DNA from: Squalus acanthias
Lineage: Eukaryota
DNA: 64,000 nucleotides
Direction of reading: 5' to 3'
Assembly (NCBI GenBank): GCA_030390025.1
Contig: CM059432.1
Span: 60,266,001 to 60,330,000 of the forward strand
Of this stretch, positions 27,097-40,285 are shown piece by piece (within the stretch, counting starts at the first letter, position 1; every line of letters starts with the position of its first letter). The position numbers were made by a program, and so were the translations under genes. The notes beneath the pieces are model-generated. The model did no database searches and was not told the origin of the DNA. It saw nothing but the letters and a program-made list of their open reading frames with translations.

Positions 27097-28128
27097 AAAG
27101 TATTTGTTTAATTTCTCTGCCATTTCCTTATTCCCCATTATAACTTCTCCTGTCTCAGCCTGTAAGGGACCCACATTTACTTTCGCTAATCTTTTCCTTT
27201 TTACATACCTATAGAAGCATTTACAGTCTGTTTTTATGTCTCTCGCTAGTTTACTCTCATATTCTATTTTCCCTTTCTTTATCAAATTCTTGGTCCTCCT
27301 TTGCTGAATTCTAAAATCCTCCCAATCCTCAGGCTTACTACCCTTTTTGGCAACATTATAAGCCTCTTCCTTTGATCTAATACTATCTTTAACTTCTCTT
27401 GTTAGCCACAGTTGGACTACTTTTCCTGTGGGGTTTTTGTGCCTTAAAGGAATATATATTTGTTGTAAATTATGTATTAATTCTTTAAATGCGCACCATT
27501 GCTTGTCTACCGTCATACCTTTTAATGTAGTTTCCCAATCTACCGTAGCCAACTCGTCCCTCATACCTACGTAGTTTGCTTTGTTTAGATTTAAGACCCT
27601 AGTTTCGGATTTAATTAAATCACTTTTAAACTCAATATAAAAATCTATCATATTATGGTCACTCTTCCCTAAAGGCCCCTTTACTACAAGGTTATTAATT
27701 AACCCTTTCTCATTGCACAATACTAGATCTAAAATAGCCTATTCCCTCGTTGGTTCCTCAACATACTGATCTAGAAAACTATCTTGCATACATTCCATCT
27801 ATTTGTCCTCCACACTATTACTGCAAAAAGGTTTGCCCAGTCTATATGTAGATTAAAGTCCCCCATGATCACTGTATTACCCTTGTTACATGCACCTCTA
27901 ATTTCCTGATTTATACTCTGCTCTACATTACAACTACTGTTTGGGGGCCTAAAAACAACTCCCACCAATGTTTTCTGCCCCTTGGTGTTTCTTAGCTCCA
28001 CCCAAACTGATTCTACTTCTTGATTTTTGGAGCTGAGATCCTTTCTCTCTACTGTCTTTATCCCATCCTTTATTATTAGGGCTACCCTCTCCTCCTTTTC
28101 CATTTTGCCTATCTCTTCTAAAAGTTAA

Positions 28129-28934
28129 GGGGGAGAAATTCGGTTGCTTAGCGCCTCCCGTTAGCGCCTCTGGGTGCACTAACGGGGCGCTAAGAACTTA
28201 GTGCCTGAGTGCGGCGATTCTAGCGTCGCTCGTGAAATTGACCAGTCGTTTTGCGGCGCTGCTAAACACAATCTACCACCACAATCTCCTGCACCCACAG
28301 ATCATGACGTCAGTCAAGCGTGCAATGCCCCGGTAGCACCCCAAAGCGAATATTGAGTCGCGCCCCCTGCCTTAGTGCCTGCCGCTAGGAACAACAGGTA
28401 GAGGGGAACGTTTTCAAGTCGGGAAGGGGCTGGGGGAGCGCTATTTAAAGACGGGCGCTTCCTGCCTTTTCTTGTCGGCAAAAGTTTTGGTTTTAACGCT
28501 GTCCTAAGCAATTTTGGCCCTCAGCACCACTTTTGAGGTTCCTAAGTGCCGAGCTCTTTCCCTGGGCCTATCCATTAGTGCTTCCAACACAATTGTTTTG
28601 AGGTCTCTCCAGGCTGAGATTCAAGGCTGCAATGATCAGGGAGTGGCTGGCCAGCAAGATGGCCCCGCCCCTTTAAGAACTGGACGGTGCCAGTCTGTCT
28701 GGCTTCCATGGTAATTGGCATCGCCTGAGCTTCAGTAGCGTTCCAAGGTAGCGCCTCGCTCCCTGACATTTGCACCTTAAGAGAGGTGTGTAGCGCCTGA
28801 TTTAACGCTCAAATCATCTCCAGGGGCGATAGAGGCGAATTTTGCAGTCGGAGGCGATAATTAGCGCCAGGCGCTGAACTTTGTGCCCGGACGATATTAG
28901 CGCCCCAAAATGGGCGATACCGAATTTTTCCCCC
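28129..28934. mobile_element. Harbinger MITE related to 44705-48808
   Basis: TIRs GGGGGAGAAATTCGG / CCGAATTTTTCCCCC, flanks TAA/TGA. Both halves match the ends of the 44.7-48.8 kb element in reverse. Confidence 0.9.
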
Positions 28935-30633
28935 TGAGTGTCCTGGAATATTTAGTTCCCACCCTTGGCCACTTTGCAACCACGTCTCCGTTATGGCTAT
29001 TAGATCAAACCTGTTAATTTCTATCTACGCTATTAATTCAACTATTTTGTTGCGACTGCTTCGCGCATTCAGATATAGTGCCTTTAGCTTTGACTTATTT
29101 CTGTTTCTCCCTGATGTCACCTTAGTCACTGATGCCCTATTACCTTTGTTACTCTCTCTGTCCCTTCCTGACCCACTCTGCTTATTTTTACCCAAAACTC
29201 TACTCTGCTCTAGAGCCTTGACATTTCTCTCACTGCTTTTAAATTTACTCTTTCCTGAATCCTCCCACCACCCCCTTCATTAGTTTAAAGCCCTGTCTAC
29301 TGCCCTAGTTATTCGGTTCGCCAGGACACTGATCCCAGCCCGGTTTAAGTAGAGCCCGTTCCAACGGAACAGCTCCCTCTTTCGCCAGTACTGGTGCCAG
29401 TGCCCGATGAACTGAAACCCCTTCCTCCCACAGGTAAAACGGATTGCCAATTTGCCATTTGCTTTTGCGCTACCACCAACTTCTCCATCAAAGATTCGGC
29501 TTAACACAACTATGTTGATAGCCATAGGCAATTTTATAACATTTTGGTAAATCAACAATAATTAACAAAAAGTTACAGGCTTCTAGTAGTCTCAATCTAC
29601 CAAAAATTGAAAAACTGTTGGGGAAGAGCAGAGGAAGCTTCACTCAGTAATCTGCATCTAACCTGTGCTTATGCTGACACTAGGTGCTCAAAATGGAAAA
29701 GTGTTTCATTTTGCAGGGCCAGCATTCTTCACCTTGATGAGCATAAAATTAACCACATTTTTTTTTAATTGAAAGGTTTTCCGTCCGTAAAATCAAATCT
29801 TATATCCTGTTACTATATACATTATAGCTGATAGTACCTTGGCAATACACTTTCGTTTTAGTTCACTTTACCAAGAAGAGCTAAATGGTCCAGACTATGC
29901 ATCATTGTCTTTTGAACTGTATGCAACATTACACACAGTACATCTTGTTGTTTAAAGGTGGAGTGTATAAAGTTACTTACAGTCTAACTGTGGATGGACT
30001 GTAATATTCATATTTTTACTTAAAGAAATACTATCTTCACATGAAAAAAGTGTTTGGTAAATACTTTATCATTTGGGAAGTGAGAACAGCTAGAAGAGAC
30101 AATGGGCTCGAATTTCATCGGGCCGTTGAGGCGGGATTGGAGGCGTGTGGGTGGTTAAAATTGCAAAAACTGGTGGGCGGGCCCAACCCCGCCTCCATCC
30201 CGCCTCCAAGCAATTTTCATTAAATCGTGTCTACTAGTCCCGTCTCCGTCCCGCCTCCAAGAGGCGGGATAGGCCGTTAAGGCCCTTAACAAGCACTAAA
30301 TTGCCTCTATAATGCCATTTTGATAGGCCTTTGTGATTTTAACCCTTTTCCCACGTGAAGCACGCCTGTTCTGAAACACGACGGTGAAACCTGGCGGTAG
30401 CACAATTGGATTGCTGACTATCAGCTGCAGCTCAACCATTAAATAGGAGATTTGATCAGCCATCATTTGCAGGTGGCAGGACTTTGCTGTCTCAGGTCTG
30501 GGGGAACTTTTAGAAGGCATAACCACAGCTGTGGAAGTTTGGAGCCTGACACCCATCTCCAGTGCGACCTCCTGGGAAACCCCTCTTGCCACCTTGACTG
30601 AGCGCTTCCTCAACTGAGGCATATACCAGAAGC

Positions 30634-31890
30634 ATGGGAGCCATTTATTTCCTTACCTTCTGGACATCAGATGAAGATGAAGACCAGCCGCGGCACCAGC
30701 AGAACCATGAACAACAGCAGCACCAACAGCAGCAGCACCAACAGCAGCAGCAACAACAGGAGCGCCAAGCTGCTGCTCACCCACCTGAAGCTGCACAGGC
30801 CAGAAGGGGCCAGCGCATGGAAGCCTGTCGGCGCAGGAGATACCCCCCAAACAGGGTCTACAGACACAGGGTCAGCTACCTCAACATGTCTGAGCAGCAG
30901 TGCCAATGGCGGCTCCGACTTTCGCGAGAGGTAGTGGGTGACATCTGCGCAATGCTGCAACAAGACCTAGAGCCCAGAGGACCAGGTGGACAACCCTTAC
31001 CAGTGGCCGTCAAAGTCACCACCGCACTCAACTTTTTTGCCTCAGGCTCATTCCAGGGATCAGCAGCAGACATCAGCGGCATCTCCCAGGCGGCCGCACA
31101 CACTTGCATCATGCAGGTAACGGATGCCCTCTTTGCCATCGCGCACAATCACATCCATTTCACCAAGGATTAAGCAAGTGTCACGGCGCGTGCGGTTGGA
31201 TTAGCTAATCTGGCAGGCTTTCCAAGGGTGCAGGGCGTCGTTGACTGCACACATGTGGCCCTAAGGCACTCCATTGCAATCCAGGTATTTTTGTCAACCG
31301 CAAGGGCTTCCACTCCCTTAACGTTCAGCTGTTGTGTGAACACAAGAAGGAAATTTTGCATGTTTGTGCCAAGTACCCTGGCAGTTGCCATGACTCCTTC
31401 ATACTGCGCCAGTCTAGTGTGCCTCCGCTATTTAGTCCGGCAGACCAACATAACGGATGGCTACTTGGAGACAAGGGCTGTCCCCTGAAGACGTGGCTAA
31501 TGACGCCGTTGAGGAGCCCATCCAACGAAGCTGAGGAGAGCTACAACTCCAGCCACATGTTCACCAGAGCCATAATCGAGCAAACCATCGGTTTGCTGAA
31601 GATGCGCTTCAGATGCCTGGATAGATCAGGTGGAGCTCTGCAGTACTCAGCAGCCAGGGTCTCCAGAATCGTCGTAGTTTGCTGTGCACTTCACAACATG
31701 GCACAGCGTCATGGCTTGCAGATTCCTCAGGACCAAGTGGCTCGTCACATATCCTCCTAAGATGAGGAAGAGGAGGAGGAGAGCGAAAACGAACATCTTG
31801 CAGAGGCCCATCAACCAGGGGCAGCAGTACGCGAGAACATTGCTGCCCGGGTTGCAAGGAACGCACTCATCTTGGCCAGATTTGCTTAGC
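30634..31890 (+). pseudogene. Harbinger (HARBI1-like DDE) transposase with stops and a frameshift
   Basis: [59 protein letters not shown]. Confidence 0.95.
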
Positions 31891-32145
31891 CTAGCCAATC
31901 AAGCACTTTTGCCTCGCAGCTTCTTACCTGAGCATCGACAATGGCCAAGAACCAGCGGATTCCTAGCAATTTGAACACCATACTGACAATTGCAAGTTAT
32001 CCTAAGCCCTCAATGTGGAAGTCCCATTCGCGAAATGACACACGCCACAACTACAGCAGTAGCCATCAGATTTTTTATTTACAGTAATCATCTGATGGTT
32101 TTTTAACATAAAACATCAAAATTCCCCAAATGACTACCCTTGTGA

Positions 32146-34759
32146 CTATTTGTGCACTATCTTTCTCTTATGCGTGCTCCTACGTGGTGCTTCCCCTGTG
32201 GCTTCAGCAGATGTGGAGGCCCCTTGCTCACTTTCTTGCTGCTCCTGTCTCGACACCTTTGGCGGGCATCCTCTGGGGTTGTGAACCTGTGAGGGCTCGC
32301 CAACAGTCTGCTGCTCCTGCGGCTGTGCAGGGGTTGAGACGCCGATCTCAGTTGGGTGCGGACTCTGGTGGGGCTTTGACCGAGGACTTGTCAGTGGCAT
32401 GGAAGTGTGAGCGCTTGGAGAGGAGCCCCCACTTTCTTGTTCTCTGCAAACAACATCCCTCTCATGGGTCAGGTCCATCTCAGCGCTTGCAGGTGGATTG
32501 AGAGCACCTTGCTGACATCAGTGGGGCCATGGGGACCCATATCTGCACTGGAAGTCCTACTCAGAAGGACTTCCATGAAGGTCTGGTTTCTGTGTTCAAT
32601 AGATGACCATCGCTCCTCCAGAGATGTCATTCTATTCTGAACACTCACCATGTTTTCTGCACTCTGGCGACTTATCTCCTCCATGGCCGCAGCCATCCTC
32701 TCGTCTACTGTAGCCATCCTTTCGACGGAGATTGCCATCATTTGCATGGAGGTTGCCATCCTTTCTGTGGTGATGCGTTCATGCGCCAATGACTCCACAA
32801 AGGCTCTGCTCATGTTCGCAATGGACTCCTCCATTCGCTCCACACTCGCAACGACCCTGGAGACAAAACCTGCCAGAGACTCCTGCATCTGTTCCTGGAG
32901 TTCCAGCACTGCTGATCTTATGGATGGACCCAGAGGCAGAGGGTCGACATGCAGCTGAGCCGAGCTGGGAGAGTCCTGTGCCCGCCGACTAGGACTCTCC
33001 ACTGCTGTCCCTGTTTCCACTATCTGCTGATGCTCACTTGTGAGCTGTGATACACCAGGTGACAACACTACTCTATCTCGCGATGTTCCCTTCGAGCTGT
33101 GAGTGTCTGCGCTGGTGCTGGGTGCGCTGAATTCTGCTGACGCTGCGCCCTCAGAGGTTGCAGCTTACTCTGAGGAGTCTTGAGGCTCATGCTCTTCCTC
33201 CTGCAAGTGGGGACGGGTGCTTGCGATGGTCCTGGGGGGGAGTAAAGGAAAGAGTCAGAGATGTGAGGCCAAGGTTACATGCACATTGCATATTGCAGAT
33301 GATCATAAGTCCATCTGTTAGAGCTTCAGAATCATTATCAGCGACTCATGCAATGTCATTGAGAGAGATGGAAAACTATTCTGTCACCAGCTTGCTGTGA
33401 TGCGCCCGTCTGTCCGTCCCCCACTTGGGAATCTTCCTCCACTCCCACCATCTCCAGGACCGCCTCCTACCAGGTGGTGAGCTGGGCTACTGAGGATGGC
33501 CCTCCTCCTGTCCACGCTCTTTCCCTCTTATTGTGAGCTCTCTTTTCCTGCAATGAGGGAGACAAGTGGAGTTTGAGTGAGAATGAAGGAGTGAGTGTAG
33601 AGAATCCATAGCATAGATGCTTAGGAGACAAAGATGGAGTGAGGTGGCAAGACCAAGGGCCCTCCTTGTGTGTTGTAAGTTGTAATTGCATCACAGTGAT
33701 AGGGAGTGTGAGGGCTGCATAGTTGAATAGTTAGGTGAATGTGACCATAGAGAGAGAGGGAATGGGTAAGGGTGCATGGATGTCAGTGTCAAGTGGGATG
33801 TGGAGGAAGAGATTGCTAAAGCTGAGTGCTGGTGAGGAGAGGCAATGGGGATCAGATTGAGGGTGATGGGAAAGTCATACTCACTTTTCCAGTGCGCAGA
33901 AGGTCATGAAGCCTCTTCCTGCACTGAAGCCAGGTTCTGCGGGTTATTGACAAAGAGTTGACCTCTGCCACCTGGATCCACACAGCCTTGGTTTGCTGGG
34001 GAGGCTTCTTCCTCTTTACGATAGCAAAATACTGCGGATGCTGGAAATCAGAAATAACAACAGAAAACGCTGGAAAAACTCAGCAGGCCAGGCAACATCC
34101 GTGGAGAGAGAAAGACAGTTAATGTTTCAGGTCGAAACCCTTTGTCGGAACTGAGAGAGCAAGAAATAAACAGATAAAAATGCAAGGGGGAGGCTGGGGG
34201 GAGGAATAAAAGAACAAAAGGGATGGTCTTTAGTGAGTAGAGACATTGAGAGATGCTCAAGGCAAGACGAGATGGTAATGGGACAGGTTGAGAAACAAAA
34301 GGTAAGGTGTGAAATGCTGGCAGAATCAGAGACAGCTGCCGTGGGGGGAGAGAGAGAAAAAAAGGAAAAAGGCACGGACCAAAAGAGTGGATAAAATGTA
34401 TACATATGTGGTAGGGGCCGGGGTTATGATCTGAAATTGTTGAACTCGATATTGAGTCCGGAAGGCTGTAAAGTGCCTAAACGGAAGATGAGGTGCTGTT
34501 GCTGGAGCTTACGCTGCGCTTCCGTGGAACAATGCAAGAGGCCGAGGACGGTGAGGTCTGAGTGAGCGTGGAGGGGTGAATTAAAATGACAAGCGACCGG
34601 AAGCTCGGGGTCACCCTTCCGGACTGAACGGAGGTGTTCCGCAAAGCGGTCACCCAATCTGCGTTTGGTCTCCCCTTTGTTTGCTCTTGCTCCCTCTACT
34701 AAAGCCTGCAGGGCAACGTCATCAAAGTGGGGTGCAGACCTAGGTCTCTGGCTGGCCAT
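32146..34759 (-). pseudogene. Harbinger Myb/SANT-like gene (3 exons) interrupted by Penelope
   Basis: Exon 1 MASQRPRSAPHFDD... and RTWLQCRKRLHDL|gtgagt; exon 2 EKRAHNKRERAWTGGG; exon 3 homologous to 352-1391. Confidence 0.85.
34020..34679 (-). mobile_element. Penelope-like element 3' fragment (partial GIY-YIG endonuclease plus pLTR)
   Basis: GETKRRLGDRFAEHLRSV...PVACHFN...LGTLQPSGLN; degenerate hammerhead at about 34116-34153. Confidence 0.9.
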
Positions 34760-35439
34760 TCTTCCTGCAGGTGCCTCGAACATGCAAGGGCAAAAGCTTG
34801 GCAGTCTGCAGAAGAAGCAAGGCTTGTTGCAGACCTTAAATGCAGCAGCAATGATGACGTCATCGGAGGCGACTTTCAGACTGGAAAAACTCACTAGCCA
34901 TGGGTTCCCACACGTTGGAACTCAATTGGCCAATTAGGTTAAAATGGCATCATTCTCCCACATCGATTTAGAATCGGGTGGCTAACACGAAATGCGGATT
35001 ACACGACCCCAGCCCGCCCCAGTATCAAAATCCAGCTCAATGTAATTTTCAGCACACTGGTACCATACTAAGGGAGATAACAATGCGTTGAGAAGTAGAA
35101 AAAAGTTGTTACGAAGTGACCTAGCGTGTGCTTGGCGGCTGTACATCTGATGTGAACATGCGTACTGGCCACCTCTATGGTGTAAATGGGGACCATCTGA
35201 GGGATTCAGGCCGGGACCGAAACCTGGACCCCCAAAGAGGAGGCAGGTATTGCATTTAAAAAAAATTTTTAGACTGTCTCCCTTGCCAAGGGGGCTGCTT
35301 GATGTAGCATCAAGTAGTTTCCTGGGGGTTGTCCCAACACACTCCTCCTAGCCTGGGCACCAACACCATAATTTATGGCCTGTTGCACAAAGTGGCTCCC
35401 CTTAGTGGTGCAGGTGCTCACTGGGGTTATGTAAATTAG

Positions 35440-37960
35440 GTGACTTCTCTCTGTCCTGACATATCCCCCACTTCTCCATCTTCATCAAGCTGGAAGATCA
35501 ACCCTGGGTCAACCGGTGATGTTGAAGGGCATGCTAGGAGCAGCACCAGGCATAACGTAGAATAAAACACCAATCCACTGAAGATACAGCTTAGGGCTAC
35601 CTGTATGCTAAACACCAAAAGCATCAGTTTATAGATAGATTCCACAACCAATGGATCAGAGCAAAGAACTATAGTCCTACCATATCCAGTCAAGATTGGT
35701 GGTGGACAATCAAGCTACTAACAGAAGAAGGAGGCTCAATTAACATCTCCATCTTCAAACATGGAGGAGTCCAGCATGTGAGAGTATATGAGACAAGGCT
35801 GAAGCGTTTGCAAATGTCTTCAACCAGAAGTGCCAAGTGGCCAATCCAAGTCGGCCTCATCCTAATCATCAGTAAAGTGATGGAAGGAATCATAAAAAGT
35901 TCCATCAAGCAACACTTACTCACCAATAGCCTGATCAATGATGTTGAGTTTGGTTCTGCCACAACTACCTGCTTCCTGACCTTGTCACAGCCCTGATTCA
36001 GACATGGATGCAAGAGCTGAAATCCATAGAAGAGGTGATGGTAGCTGACCACAACATCAAGGCAGCATCCAACTGAGAATGGCATCAAGGAGCCCAAGAA
36101 TAACTGAGGTCATTGGGGGTCAATGGAAAAGCTTCCAGTGGCTAAAATCAAATCGGACACAAAGATGATCATGGTTATCAGAGGCCAATCATTGCAGCCC
36201 CAGGATATTGTTGATGAAGCTCCTCAGGGCAGTGTCCTTAGACCAAGCATCTCTAGCTGCTTCAGCAATGATCTTCCTTCCATTATAAGATCGGGATTTG
36301 GCTGTTTGCTAATGATCCTACAGTGTTCAGCTCTAGTCACAACTCCTCCAATAATTGAACAGCCCATGACAGCCTACAACAGGGCCTGGATAACATACGG
36401 AATTGAGCTAACAAATGGCAGGCAGCATTCATGCCACTTAAGTGCCGGACAGGTCCCAACTATCTTTCCCTGACCTTCAATGGAATCAACATTATCATCC
36501 TGGGGGGTTACCACTGACCAGAAGCCTAACCAGACCAGCCATGTTAACACCGTGGCTAAAATAGCAAGACAGAGCTGGGTACTCTCCGATGAGTGGCTAT
36601 ACAAGGATCATGTCAGAAGTGTGATGGAATACTCGCCTGATTGATGCAGCTGCAACAATATTCAAGAAGTTTGACATCATTCAGGTCAAAGCAGTCTGTT
36701 TGATCAGCATTGCACTCAACATCCACACCCTCCACCACCAGCACACACTTGGGGGGGAATTTTGCCAGCCCTGGGGAGGCGGGTTTGGAGGCGGGACTGT
36801 CAGGAAAATGGCAGAATCTGGGGGCGGGTGCCCATCCCACCCCCAACCTGCCTCCGTGTCATCTTCCCAGGAAGCGGGTACCCGACCCGCGCTGGGAGCC
36901 ACCTCCCCGAGGCGGGAAGGGGATTACAGCCACTTAACTGCCTGTTAACAGGTAGTTAACAGGCAGTTAAGAGGGTTATCCCCATTTTTCCCCTGCAAGT
37001 GCGGGCTTCCCGACGTCGGGAAACCCCGCCAGGGTCAGCGAGGTGAGCAGTGGGTCTGCGGGGTCGGAGGGGTCCAAAAGTGCGCTGTGGAGGTAAGTGA
37101 TGGGTGCAAGTGTGGAGAGGTAAGTATGTGAGGTGAGTGTAAAGTGATAGAAAATGTTTACTTACCTTTGTTTCTTCCTGCAGGCTTCAACAGTTGGGGA
37201 ACTGGAGACTCCCGCATCTCACCGGCAGAGATGACAGAATGGCTGCTGCATTCTCCGATGCAACAGCCATCTGATTTCTGCTCAGCAGATCGGTTTGATG
37301 AGTCTTGAATACAAGGACTCATCAAACAACAGAGAATGTCAGTGTTTGACAGCTTCTCAAAGCTGTCAAACGATGACAATTCCTCTGTCAAAAATTTTTG
37401 ACAAATGAAACCTCATCCGCTGACATTCTTTGTCACCGGCTGTCACTTAATTGGCCTGCTAAACCCGCTGGGCGGGCTTAACAAGGTTAATCAAGGGAAA
37501 ATAGCGTGGTTTGGCCAGAAGTCGATGGAGGCGGGACCAAAACCCGACAAGTGGGAGTCCCGCCTCCAAAAACTCCCCATTTTTTTACCAAAATCCAGCC
37601 CTTGGTTGCAGTATGTACTATCGATAGGATGCATTACAGCAACTCACCAAACTTACTGCAGCAGCACCTCCTGGCCCTACAGCATCTATCACCAAGAAGG
37701 ACAAGAGAGCAGTATCATGGCAATACCATCACCTGTAAGTTTCCCTCCAAATCACACCATCCTTACTTGGATATATACCATCACTTCTTCATTGTGACTG
37801 GATCGAAATCCTGGAATTTCCTACCTAACAGCATCGTGAGAGCATCATCATCACTAGGACTGCAGTAATTCAAGAAGAAGGCTAACCACCACCTTCTCAG
37901 GGCAACTAGAGATAGACAATGAATGTGATCTTGCCAGTGTCGTCCACATCGCGAGAAGAA
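35440..37960 (+). mobile_element. Degenerate CR1/L2-group LINE reverse transcriptase and 3' end
   Basis: SKVMEGII...HLLTNSLI and PQGSVL motifs, many frameshifts, split by a MITE. Confidence 0.7.
36751..37601. mobile_element. Harbinger-type MITE inside the LINE
   Basis: Ends GGGGGGGAATTTTG / CAAAATCCAGCCC with GGAGGCGGG subterminal motifs. Confidence 0.65.
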
Positions 37961-38719
37961 TTCAAAAAATACTCCGGCAGACATCGTAACCTGTGTGCTT
38001 TCTGGGCCAATATCTCGAATGGCTTTTTTGTTTAGGATGTTACAACTAATGAGCAGGATAGAAGGATTTAGTTTCCTGTGCTCAAGAGCAAATGACACTG
38101 TATTGTTATTAAATTCCACACTAATTGACAATAATCTGGTCATTTCTCTTAGGCTATCAGGACAGGAAGTGTGGGTATTATAAGGAAACACTAATATAGC
38201 AAATATTAAGATTAATGCAAAATTCTTTCTGCAAGGCAATATAGAATTTATTTTGTCTTTGCATTTAAATGGTGCCTTATCTGTCTAGGGGTAACATATC
38301 ACAAAATGTAAAGAAACAAAAAAACAGAAGTTAAGCTTCCATACTATGTTATCTGTCACTTTGGGTCATGCACACACAGACTCCAACAAATGAACTGAAA
38401 ACAGGTATCTGCTGCGTTATATAGCTTTTTATCTGCAAACCTAAATTATAGTTGCCAAGAAATTAAAAAGCAACATTCTTTTATCTATGGAATAAAACAT
38501 TTTTGAGCGAATATTCATGATACAGTGTGCCAATTTTAAAACTGTAATCTAAACTTAATTAATGTATTGATTAAAATTAAGAGCACTGCTTTCACTGCAA
38601 TTCAATTGGGAGTATAAGAATTAACAGAAGTTTCCTTTTTGGACAAAAATAAAACATAAATAACTAACATTACAATTATGCAATAATCAATTAGTGCTAG
38701 CTAATTTTTACTGGCTTAC

Positions 38720-38865
38720 TTTAAATCTTCAATGCTATTTTTGTATTTTTCAATCTCTTTCAATAGCATAGTTCTTAAGACTTGCTTCTGATGAACATTT
38801 TCCTGTAGTGTCTCAATTTCCCCGAGGGTATAGTTAAGCTGATTGAAGCTGTCCAAATATTCTTT
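38720..38865 (-). CDS. ccdc178: Coiled-coil host gene exon (CCDC178-like), 146 nt, phase 0->2
   Basis: ttattgcag|AAA GAA TAT...GAT TTA AA|gtaagc encodes KEYLDSFNQLNYTLGEIETLQ...SIEDL. Confidence 0.75.
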
Positions 38866-39393
38866 CTGCAATAAAGTAACAAAAATTCTCAGCATTAATA
38901 TATTGGTATGATAAGCAACACAACATCCTTCCTTGACAGATGGAGAATTTTAAGATCCAATACTAGAAATAAGAAAGTACAAGATGCAGCACCATCCACC
39001 TTCACATAAGAAAACATAGGATTGATTAGTCCTACATTATTAGGGGAGAATCGTTGAGCTGGACTTGTTTTCATTGGTGAAAAGAAGACTGAAAGAGGAC
39101 TTGGTTCATGTCTTTGAAGTGCTGAGAGATATAAACAATGTAAATGTAAGTAGGCTATTGACAGACTGTGAGTAAAGAAGTAGAGGGCAGTAAAATGATC
39201 AAACCTGAAGTGAGACTAGAAATTACAAGAAACTTTCTTCCCTCACAGACTAATGGATATGTGGAATAGAGGCCCACAAAAGCAGTTGAAGCTGAAGCAA
39301 TTAATTGCTTTAAAACAAACCTGGATAGTTATCTTATTTGTGGTGATAGAAATAGATATGGACTAAGATGAGCAAATGCTGAAAGGACACAAT

Positions 39394-40285
39394 GGGGGTA
39401 ATTTCAACCCTCAAGAAGTTTGGGTTGAGTGAGAAGTTAAAATTTGAAAAATTTCAAACCCGATCCCAACCCACCTTGAACCCACCCACGTCCGGTTTTA
39501 ACGAAGGCGGGACAGGGGTGACCAATCTGCTCTCAGGAAGCGGGTAGATTGGCAACAGCTTTTAAGGAGGCTGCGTGCCTCCATTTTTACAAGCTTTTTA
39601 TTTTTAACCCATTCCGGCAGGGTTTCTTGGGCCTCGGGAAACCCGACAGGTAAAGAGAGGTGAGAAGGGCCAGATCCATAAGGCAAGGGTATTTACAGCA
39701 CTGTTTGTGGGCCAAGAGGAGCAGGAGTGTTTCCCCCAGGCTCAACAAACTTACCTGCATCCAGCCCCACGATTGGCAACTCCCCCACCTCCATGATTTC
39801 CCCCCTTCCCGTGATCTCTCTGCCCCCCCCCCCGACAACGATCTGTCCCCCCAACCACGATCTGCTCCCCCGACCACCATCTGCCCCCCCGGACCACCAT
39901 CTGCCCTCACCGACCATGATCTCTCCGCCCAGCAATCTCTCCCCCCCGACCACGAGACCCCCCGCCTCCGACCACGCTCTCCCACCCCAGCGATCTCTTC
40001 TCCCCCACCCCTAACACCGAGATGCCTCCGCCCGCAATCTCTCCCTGCCTCCCAACCTGCTCTCTGCTCCTCAGCTGCAGCCTTGTGCCCCAGGCTTTCC
40101 CACCGATAGGCAGCCAGCATCTCAATCAGGCTGGCTGTCTGGCGGGAAACCTGCGAAAAAAAATTAAAAGACGTCCTACAATTAATATCTGTAGGAATTC
40201 CAGGAAACCCATACTTCTGGGTTGCCCTTCTAGAACTCCTCTTCCACTCCCACTCCGAATGCGCCTCGCTGTAAATATCGGGTCC
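39394..40285. mobile_element. Non-autonomous element with C-rich internal tandem repeats
   Basis: AAT direct repeats at both flanks; second copy at 7520-8191; TIRs imperfect. Confidence 0.6.

Larger units (their letters stand above)
22703..29432 (-). mobile_element. CR1 LINE (end of ORF1, ORF2, 3'UTR) split by two insertions
   Basis: RT/APE ORF fragments 22980-23510, 23711-23953, 23983-24414, 26920-27720 and 27771-28103; repeat-like 3' tail at 22703. Confidence 0.95.
30104..35038. mobile_element. Near-complete PIF/Harbinger transposon (GGGCT-terminal family), decayed
   Basis: TIRs GGGCTCGAATTT / AAAATCCAGCTC, AAT TSD, convergent transposase and Myb-like genes. Confidence 0.9.

Noticed and set aside
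34116..34153. Second hammerhead-like motif
   Set aside because: Core mutated (CCGACAA instead of CUGANGA); probably inactive.
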